The notes beneath the pieces were generated by a model. It ran no database searches, had not been told where the DNA came from, and was given only the letters and a program-made list of their open reading frames with translations. A stretch of DNA of 64,000 nt from Eledone cirrhosa (taxonomy: Eukaryota), in contig OZ024761.1 in assembly GCA_964016885.1 (NCBI GenBank), positions 14,570,001-14,634,000 of the forward strand, read 5' to 3'. The number at the start of each line of letters is the position of its first letter. Position 1 is the stretch's first letter. A program made the position numbers and the translations under genes. Positions 54,535 to 64,000 of the stretch are shown in pieces.

Positions 54535-55240
54535 ATGTAGGCAGTGAATTAGCAGAGTCATTAGAATATCATATAGAATGCTTCATTGTATTCATTCTAG
54601 TTCTCTGCTCTCTGAGTTCACATCACGCCAAGCTCAATTTTGCCTTTCATTAATTCAAGGTTGATAAAAAAATGTACCAGTCAAGTACTGGGGTCAATTC
54701 ACTCCAGTTCTCTTCTCTCTCAGTTTAAATCTCACCGAGCTCAATTTTGCCTTTCATTAATTCAAGGTTGATAAAAAAAATGTACCAGTTAAGTTCTGGG
54801 GTCAATTCACTCCAGCTCTCTTCTCTCTCAGTTCAAATCTCACCGAGCTCAATTTTGCCTTTCATTAATTCAAGGTTGATAAAAAAAATGTACCAGTTAA
54901 GTTCTGGGGTCAATTCACTCCAGCTCTCTTCTCTCTCAGTTCAAATCTCACCGAGCTCAATTTTGCCTTTCATTAATTCAAGGTTGATAAAAAAAATGTA
55001 CCAGTTAAGTTCTGGGGTCAATTCACTCCAGCTCTCTTCTCTCTCAGTTCAAATCTCACCGAGCTCAATTTTGCCTTTCATTAATTCAAGGTTGATAAAA
55101 AAAATGTACCAGTTAAGTTCTGGGGTCAATTCACTCCAGTTCTCTTCTCTCTCAGTTCACATCATGCCAAACTCAATTTAGCCTTTCATTCATTCAAGGT
55201 TGATAAAAAAAAGTACCAGTCAAGTTCTGGGGTCAATTCC
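54535..55240 (+). repeat. SINE family A relative with 108-bp internal segment amplified ~6x
   Basis: Unit: gttcaaatctcaccgagctcaattttgcctttcattaattcaaggttgataaaa..gtaccagt..ggggtcaatt. Confidence 0.9.
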
Positions 55241-55342
55241 TCTTCTAAATCTCTTTCTTGCTTCCATTCTTTTCATTCACTATCCTTCTCTGGAAGAAAG
55301 CTGCTGTACTCAGGCCTGGAGTGGATATGGGCTCTGCCAGGT

Positions 55343-55571
55343 TTAACCCTTTAGCATTTAAACTGCTCATATCTGGCCAGAATTCTCTCCCCTCTTCCTA
55401 TTCAAACCAGCCATAACTGGCTGTTCATACTGATGTTAAGGTATTGTTCTCAAAAATAATAATATCTAAATATCATAGATTCAATATTTTGTGAGATAAT
55501 TATGTAAGATAAAGCCTTTCCTGTGAAAATACAATCGTATATATAGAGTAATGTAAATGCTAATGCGTTAA
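55343..55571. mobile_element. piggyBac-type MITE
   Basis: TTAA-ccctttagcattta ... taaatgctaatgcg-TTAA. Confidence 0.8.
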
Positions 55572-56704
55572 AAATGTCCTAAGCAATGGCATATATCAAT
55601 ATGATGCTCCTATGACTACCTCGGGAGTTATGAGTTCATACCATACCACACCAGTATGTGAAGGTGAAAAACACAGACAAGTACAGCTGTATGATAATCC
55701 CTTTCGGAACCTTATTTCTAATGAAAGACCCTGCCTATGTTTTAAATCAATTTTAAAAATAATCAAAAACTTAGTATTTAGAAATATAACTATCTCATTA
55801 TTAAGCTGATGTTTGGAACATAACTTAACAAAGGTTCTTTGATAAAATTATGATGGAAGGTTTTCAGATAAATATAGACACTTTAAATTAAACAGTTTTG
55901 TGTCATGAAACCAGAAGAGGTTTCAGGCAGTTTCGTATCAAAAGAGCTAAGCTGGTGTTTGGAACATAACTTAATGGTTCATACATAGAACTATGATGGA
56001 ATTGTTTGGCTACTATTTCTAGCAATCTGGACTAAACATAGAGGCTGCCATCATATAAAGGGATGTGGACACCAGTAAGGATGATGAAGATGACAGGGTT
56101 TTATATGTCATAAATATATGATGTATCTTAAGTGTGAGTGTGTATATGTGTGGTGATGGTGATGGTGATCTTGATGATGATGGTGATGACAGTGATATGA
56201 CAATGATGATGGTGATGGTAGTGATAACGATGATGGTGATGATGGCAGGGTTATACGATATGTCATAAATATATGATGTATCTTAAGTGTGAGTGCATAT
56301 ATATATATATATGTGGTGGTGGTGGTGGCAGTGATGTGATAATAATGATGATGGTGGTGATGATGATGATAAAGATGACAAGGTTATACTATACGTCATA
56401 AATATATGATGTATCTTAAGTGTGAGTGTGTGTATATGTATGGTGGTGGGTTGGTTGGGGGCAGGTATGTCTTAATTTGGAATTAATTACTCACTGCAGA
56501 AAATATCTCGTCAGCAAATTGAATTATTTACAAAATAGAATCGATTGGTTGAATAAGAAAACAAATTCGATGTGTGAATGTATGTGTGTGTGTGTGTGTT
56601 TGTGTTTGTATGTATATGTGTGAATGTGTGTGTGAATGTGTGTGCGTGTGTGTATATATATATATATGTGTGTATGTGTGTGAATGTATGTGTATATGTG
56701 TGAA

Positions 56705-56752
<48 letters not shown>

Positions 56753-56911
56753 AATGTATGTGTGTGTATATATGTGTGTGTGTATATATGTGTGTGTGTG
56801 TATATGTGTGTGTACACTTGTATATATATATGTATATGCATGTATATATAAATATATCTATATATATGTATATGCATGTATATATAAATATATATATATA
56901 TATGTATATGC

Positions 56912-56951
<40 letters not shown>

Positions 56952-57199
56952 GCATGTATATATAAATATATATATATATATATGTATATGCATGTATATA
57001 TATATGTCTATGTGTCTGTACTGAATGGTCTAGTGATGGTAGTGGGTGGTGATGATAATGATAATAATCGCGGTGGTGTTGGTGTTAATGGTGATGATAG
57101 TGGTTGTGATGGTATCAGTGGTGATGGTGGTGGTGGTGGTGGTGATGGTGGTGGTGATGGTGTATTAACACCACCACCGCCACAATCAGGTGATAGAGG

Positions 57200-58742
57200 T
57201 AATGGAGGTCATGATGGTATCGGTGGTTGTGATGGTGGTAGTGGTTGTGATGATGGTGGTGGTGGTTGTGATGATGGTGGTGGTTGTGATGCTGGTGGTG
57301 GTGGTTGTGACGATGGTGGTGGTGGTGGTGGTTTTGATGATGGTGGTGGTGGTGGTGGTTGTGACAATGGTGGTGGTTGTGATGATGGTGGTGGTTGTGA
57401 TGATGGTGGTGGTGGTTGTGACGATGGTGGTGGTTGTGATGATGGTGGTGGTGGTTGTGACGATGGTGGTGGTTGTGATGATGGTGGTGGTGGTTGTGAC
57501 GATGGTGGTGGTTGTGATGATGGTGGTGGGGGTTGTTATGATGGTGGTGGTGGTTGTGATGATGGTGGTGGTGGTTGTGATGATGGTGGTGGTTGTGATG
57601 ATGGTGGTGGTGGTTGTGACGATGGTGGTGGTTGTGATGATGGTGGTGGTGGTTGTGACGATGGTGGTGGTTGTGATGATGGTGGTGGGGGTTGTTATGA
57701 TGGTGGTGGTGGTTGTGATGATGGTGGTGGTGGTTGTGATGATGGTGGTGGGGGTTGTTATGATGGTGGTGGTTGTGACGATGGTGGTGGTTGTGATGAT
57801 GGTGGTGGTGGTTGTGATGATGGTGGTGGTTGTGATGATGGTGGTGGTGGTTGTGACGATGGTGGTGGTTGTGATGATGGTGGTGGTGGTTGTGATGATG
57901 GTGGTGGTTGTGATGATGGTGGTGGGGGTTGTTATGATGGTGGTGGTGGTTGTGATGATGGTGGTGGTGGTTGTGATGATGGTGGTGGGGGTTGTTATGA
58001 TGGTGGTGGTTGTGACGATGGTGGTGGTTGTGATGATGGTGGTGGTGGTTGTGACGATGGTGGTGGTTGTGATGATGGTGGTGGTGGTTGTGACGATGGT
58101 GGTGGTTGTGATGATGGTGGTGGTGGTTGTGATGATGGTGGTGGTGGTTGTGATGATGGTGGTGGTGGTTGTGATGATGGTGGTGGGGGTTGTTATGATG
58201 GTGGTGGTTGTGACGATGGTGGTGGTTGTGATGATGGTGGTGGTGGTTGTGATGATGGTGGTGGTGGTTGTGACGATGGTGGTGGTTGTGATGATGGTGG
58301 TGGGGGTTGTGATGATGGTGGTGGTTTTGACGATGGTGGTGGGGGTTGTAATGATGGTAATGGTGGTGGTTTTGACGATGATGGTTGTGGTGATGATGGT
58401 GATGATAGTGGCAGTGATAATAGTGGTGCTAGTGGTGATGGTTGTGATGATGGTGGAGGTGATGATGGTTGTGATGGTAGTGGTTGTGATTATGGAGGTT
58501 GTGATTGTGGTAATGGTGATGGTGGTGATGGTGGTGGTGGTGGTGGTGATGGTGGTGGTGGTGGTGGTGATGGTGGTGGTGGTGGTGGTCGTGGTGGTGG
58601 TGATGGCGGCGGCAGTGGCGATTGTGATGATGATGGTGCTGGTGGTGGTGGTGATGATGATGGTGGTGGTGTTGGTGGTGGTGGTTGCGATTGTGATGAT
58701 GATGGTGGTAGCGATTGTGATGATGGTGGTGGTGGTGGTGAT
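57200..58742. repeat. 18/21-bp (ggt)n-tgt-gat-gat minisatellite
   Basis: Direct reading; stop-free in several frames. Confidence 0.92.
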
Positions 58743-59371
58743 GTCAGAATTTATCAATATTTCCGTGTGAACATGATTAATAATTGGAAATAGTTTGATA
58801 TAAAGGTGTGTGCATGTCTGTGTGTGTGTGTGCATATGTGTGTGTGTGTATATATATGCGTGTATGCGTGTGTGTGTGTGTGTGCATATGTCCATGTGTG
58901 TATATGTAGGTATGTGTGTGTGTGTGTGTGCGTATTTCGATGTGTGTGTATATGTATGTATTTTCATGTGTGTGTATATGTGTGTGAATGTGTATATCAG
59001 TGTATGTAGTGTGTGTGTGTGTGTTTGTCTGCATGTGTATATATCTACGTCTTTGTATGTAGTGTGTATGTGTCTTCGTTGTATGCTGTTTGTATGTGTT
59101 TGTGAATGTGTGAGTATGCATGTGTGTGTGTGTATGTTGTGTGCTGTATGTATGTGTTTGTGAATGTGTGTATGTGTACGTGTATGCCTGTGTGTATGAT
59201 GTGTGAATGTTTGTGTGTGTGTATATATATATATATGTGTGTGTGTGTGTCTATGTGTGTGTTGTTTATGAATGTCTGTGTGTATGCGTGAGAGAGAGAG
59301 AAAGAGTGATAAAGTTATTAGTGTGGCTGATAAAGGAATGTTGATATACTTGCAGCTGTATTTTTGTCACT

Positions 59372-60220
59372 AGTGGTGGTGGTGGTGGTGGTGGTGGTAG
59401 TGGTGGTGGTGGTGGTGGTGGTGGTAGTGGTGGTGGTGGTGGTGGTGGTGGTGGTGGTGGTAGTGGTGGTGGTGGTGGTGGTGGTAGTGGTGGTGGTTGT
59501 GGTGGTGGTGGTGGTAGTGGTGGTGGTGGTGGTGGTGGTGGTGGTGGTGGTGGTGGTGGTGGTGGTGGTGGTGGTGGTAGTGGTGGTGGTGGTGGTGGTG
59601 GTGGTGGTGGTGGTAATAGTGGTGGTAGTGGTGGTCTTGGTAGGCAGTGATGGTGATGTTGGTGGTGGAGGTAGTGGTGGTAGTGGTAGGCAGTGATGGT
59701 GGTGTTGGTGGTGGTGGTGGTGGTGTTGGTGGTAGTGGTAGGCAGTGGTGGTGATGTTGGTGGTGGAGGTAGTGGTGGTAGTGGTAGGCAGTGATGGTGG
59801 TGTTGGTGGTGGTGGTGGTGGTGTTGGTGGTAGTGGTAGGCAGTGGTGGTGATGTTGGTGGTGGAGGTAGTGGTGGTAGTGGTAGGCAGTGATGGTGGTG
59901 TTGGTGGTGGAGGTGGTGGTGGTGGTGATGGTGGTGGTAGTGGTAAGCAGTGATGGTGGTGTTGGTGGTGGTGGTGGTGGTGTTGGGGGTAGTGGTAGGC
60001 AGTGATGGTGATGTTGGTGGTGGTGGTAGTGGTGGTGGTGGTAGTGGTAGGCAGTGATGGTGATGTTGGTGGTGGTGGTAGTGGTGGTAGTGGTAGGCAG
60101 TGATGGTGGTGTTGGTGGTGGAGGTGGTGGTGGTGATGGTGATGGTGGTGGTAGTGGTAGGCAGTGATGGTGGTGTTGGTGGTGGAGGTGGTGGTGGTGT
60201 TGGTGGTGGAGGTGGTGGTA
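59372..60220. repeat. (GGT)n microsatellite and derived higher-order repeat
   Basis: Direct reading. Confidence 0.92.
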
Positions 60221-60633
60221 AACTTGTGGTGATGGTGATCATTAGTCTTTATCATAAGTTTATGATCATAAATCTCCTATAAATTTGTGATTATATACTT
60301 GGGACCATAGCTCAGTGATCATAAGTTCCTCATCATAAGTCATCAATTATTATAGATCTTTTAACATAAGTCTTTAATCATATCTCTCTGATCATATGTA
60401 TGTAATCATAAGTCTCTTATCATCGCCCTGTGATCATAAACCCCTGATCTTAAGTCTCTCGTCTTAAGTCTCTCGTCTTAAGTCATTAACCAAAATATCT
60501 TTTATCATAAGTGTCTCATCATAAGCCATGATCAGAGTAGAGATATACTACAATCCGATGTAGGGGGGAATCTGTAAGAAATATTAGTCCAATGTCACTG
60601 AAACCATGACACCTTGACAGAATTGGTAAATCA

Positions 60634-61075
60634 TCTATATATAAATTTGAGCAACTTCCATCCATCAGACCATCACAGAATGTGTGTGTGTGTGTGTATG
60701 TGTGTGTGTAAAAGGAAGGAAGGAGATGGGGAAAAAGCTATAGCAAAACAGCGGCTGGCATTCCATTTGCTCTGCTGTGTGTGAATATATGTGTATGTAT
60801 GTGTGTTTGTGTAAATGTATGTGTATGTTTGTGTAAATGTATGTGTGTGTGTGTGTTTGTGTAAATGTATGTGTGTGTGTATGTTTGTGTGAATGTATGT
60901 GTTTTTGTGTGAATATATGTCGTGTGAGTGTGTATTTTTGTAAGTTTGTCTGTGTTTACGCGTTTATATTTATATACTTATACACATAAATGTATGCATA
61001 TGCACATACATACACACACATATACACATACGCGTCAGCTCATTGAAAAAAATCCTGAACAAATTGTCAGTAGTC
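60634..61075 (+). mobile_element. Non-autonomous Helitron-like element, copy 1
   Basis: a/TCtatatataaatttgag start; shared ctatagcaaaacag.ggctggc.ttccatttgc with 62123-62455. Confidence 0.55.
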
Positions 61076-61350
61076 TTCAGTTGCCTCCCTTTATATACCG
61101 AGTTCAAAATCATGCAAAAATCAACTTCGGTTTTTATCCGGGGGGGGGGGGGGGGGGGTGAGGTAATAAAAACAAGTACCAGTTAAATACTTTGGTCTCG
61201 ATATAATAATGCTATAAAGATCATCATACCAGTATAGAGCTGGAGTCGATTAAGAGATGTCAGCATGAATGGACTTGTTATTTTCATCTAAAGACATTTT
61301 TTCCAATTCCACCCCGCCCGTCCCATTAATCTATTTTATTTCTCATTCTT

Positions 61351-61386
61351 TCTTCTGATGAAAGACTAGCGTCCGAAACGTTTAGC
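61351..61386 (+). ncRNA. Minimal hammerhead-like motif of Penelope-like pLTR relic
   Basis: CTGATGA-aagactagcgtcc-GAAACGTT; related decayed copy on minus at 49411-49438. Confidence 0.55.
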
Positions 61387-61481
61387 CCCTCTTCCTGCTA
61401 TATCAAGCGTTAACCTAATATATACCTTCCATATACTGTACCGATTGTGTTGTTATTTCTGTTTACCTTTTACACACACAC

Positions 61482-61578
<97 letters not shown>

Positions 61579-61731
61579 ACTTCTATCACAATGCAATTGT
61601 AACCTAAGCAAACATGAAAGAACAGCCAAACTCCCACTGTCATCGCCTCCATCTCTCTGGCCCTCCCCATCTCTCTGTATGGTGAGCAAATGGGGTCCCA
61701 CGTGCTGGCCTCCCCACAGCCCCGGCGGACA

Positions 61732-61776
<45 letters not shown>

Positions 61777-61978
61777 TATGTGGGTGTGCTGAAAAGTTCA
61801 TAGACTGACTATGAAGGAGTGAAGCTAAAGGTGTGAAATCTTGCGTGCATTAATTTAAAGTCTTCTTATTAATAACTGTACTGTTTCTTTCCTGGGGCTA
61901 TGTTGAAAAAGAAACCTCATTTGGTCATTCAATGAGAGTATCTTGGTCAGCCTAATAACTTTTCAGCTGATCCTCGTA
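61777..61978. mobile_element. mariner-type MITE
   Basis: TIRs tatgtgggtgtgctgaaaagttcatagactgac / gtcagcctaataacttttcagctgatcctcgta, TA ends. Confidence 0.7.
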
Positions 61979-62122
61979 ATTAAATACTCATTATATAGTA
62001 GGGCATGTTGTATGATCAGTGGTAACCTGTGAAACTCAGAGTAGCAACAGAGAGTAATCTCAGTAACATTTGTGTATAAACCTGTAACTCCTGATGGCGT
62101 TTTAGGGATGCAGTCTTGGATA

Positions 62123-62455
62123 TCTATATATAAATTTGAGTGGCTTCCGTCCGTCCGTCCGTCACACAAAGTGTGTGTGTGTGTATGTGTATGAATGTAT
62201 GTGTGTGTAAAGAAGGGAAGGAAGGTGATGGTGAAAAAACTATAGCAAAACAGTGGCTGGCGTTCCATTTGCAAAGCTGTGTGTCAGTGTATGTGTGTGT
62301 TTGTGTGAATGTATGTCTGTGAATGTTTTCGTGTGTCTGTGTTTGCGCGTTTATATTCATATACTCATTCATATAAATGTATGCATATGCACATACATAT
62401 ACATACACGCACACACATACACATATGTGCAGCGTATTGAAAAAAAGAATCCTAG
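62123..62455 (+). mobile_element. Non-autonomous Helitron-like element, copy 2
   Basis: a/TCtatatataaatttgag, (gtcc)n, (tg)n body, homology ends at CTAG/T. Confidence 0.55.
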
Positions 62456-63286
62456 TTTTTTAAAAATCCTAGCGAAGCCCATCCCCACGTCTGAATTCAA
62501 CCAACTTCTTCCAGAGCTGGGGAGAGAGTGAGAGGCAAAGCGGAAAAAGAAGTGAGAAAGAGATGTGGAGGAAGAATCGACCCCAGTACTTAACTGGCAC
62601 TTCTTTTTTATCAATCTCAACGAGAGTCGGAACGAATACCAAAAAACATTCTATACGACGTCTTAACGACTGTCAATTCGCCGCCTTATTCTCTCCCTTG
62701 TACGGAATTTAAAATTATAAGGGACATAACTCTAAAAATAAACAGGTTTACTGTGTTGTCTCCCTTGATAATTGTGTGTGTGTGTGTGTGAAATTATATA
62801 TCGAGTAGAAGTCGAGTGTGTTGTAAAGTGATGTTTACATCTAATCTATTTAACAACAGCGGTTCCTAATCTGTGGAATGTGAACCACCGGGTGCCTACC
62901 AAAGTAGTACTGGGGATTGGAGGCTGAGTATAAAATTAGCTCAAAATTTTTAGAACCTGCAATATAAAATGTATGCATGCATCGTCCCGTTACTCCTGGA
63001 GGAGTCGTAGGGGTGCCGCATTGAAAAATGGCGTATGTAGAATATTTTAAAACCTGGCGGAGCCCGTCTTCTCTCCAGATCTGAATCTAGCAGATTTCTT
63101 CCAGAAATGGAAGTGGGAAAAGGATATAGAGCAAGAATCGGTCCCATTTCTAGACTGGTACTTTTTTTATCGACCTAGAATGGATGAAAGGTAAAGTTGA
63201 ACCCAGCGGGATTTGAACTCAGAGAGCAAAGAGCCGGAACGAAAAGTACTTACAAATAAATACCATGGACTTGATGAACAACTTAC

Positions 63287-63491
63287 TTTTCGTGACAGTC
63301 ATTGTTGATACCTCTGGGACTTAACTGACAGTCTCCTTTTTCGTACTGGTCGCCGATGATACCACTGCTGTTCTGCCTCAGTTACCGAATTGCCGTTTTC
63401 CTCTGCAAAATTGGGAACAGTACGTCGCGTTTGATGAAAGTTCCACGAAGTGGAGCGGCTGTTATTCACTGCAAAGTTTTCGTAATTTTGT
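63287..63491 (-). other. Probable 205-nt exon (5'UTR, or terminal coding exon of another gene)
   Basis: Acceptor tgtgtcccacag at 63492, donor A/GTAAGT at 63286, CpG-retaining unique sequence; one frame open until TGA 12 nt before donor. Confidence 0.5.
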
Positions 63492-64000
63492 CTGTGGGAC
63501 ACAGTTAATTTATATTACCCAGTCTGGGGTGTAGAGCTCGCTGCCCCCTCTTCTTTTCGTTATTTAATTTTTCCTTTCTTTTTTTCTATTTTTATTGCCA
63601 ACACAATATCATTTAATTGAAATTTGTTGAATAAAGGTCTTCATTTATTATTTGAAATTAAACCTGTTTCTAAATCTACAGGAATAGTCAAATATTTTTA
63701 GAACCTGATACAATATTTAACCTTTTCATTACCATCATCATCGCTGTTTAACGTCAATTGTTTCCATGCTTGCATGGGTTAAATGAGTCATCCACATTAT
63801 GTGACAAGTCTGGCCAGTTAGCCACGCCATGCATAGCTCAAACGGAACTGTAATTTGGGTGGGTTTTTTTTTACAGCTGGCTGCCCTTCCTAACACCAAT
63901 CACATTTTCAGTTTGGAGCTAGGTGGTGTGATTATGAGGGAGGCCTGGCCAGTTGGCTGCGCCATACCTTGCTTTTAGTGGGACTGTGTTTCGGCTGCGT

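Noticed and set aside
56754-58793. 679-aa (GGGCDD)n ORF resembling a Gly/Cys-rich structural protein
   Set aside because: Starts in a TA/TG tract, no signal peptide or clear splice sites, open in several frames on both strands, grades into plain (GGT)n; transcript evidence would be needed

Overview
Eukaryotic (animal) genomic DNA, very AT-rich and dominated by microsatellites; the repeat families and 5S sequence point to a cephalopod, probably an octopus (inference). Nearly all ORFs in the track are microsatellite read-through. One real protein-coding gene is supported on the minus strand: an ATG/signal-peptide exon (36685-36553) splices in frame to a 770-nt exon (31323-30554), giving an unidentified secreted protein with a long low-complexity region and an RRRRR/S convertase-like site. 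Probable 5'UTR exons lie at 63491-63287 and 48379-48301, and weaker downstream exons at about 18.7 and 16.1 kb. The introns hold LINE fragments (RTE, CR1, Vingi, Tx1-like, R4/Dong, CRE-like), two tRNA-type SINE families, piggyBac/mariner/Tigger MITEs, Helitron-like elements and minisatellites. Most notable: (i) several unrelated foldback elements carrying outward-facing minimal hammerhead-ribozyme motifs (Penelope-like), next to (TA)n; (ii) a head-to-head 5S rRNA retrocopy / Dong junction; (iii) a young ~565-bp non-autonomous RTE derivative in three copies; (iv) apparent partitioning of microsatellite types among retroelement families. All calls were made by eye; no searches were run.
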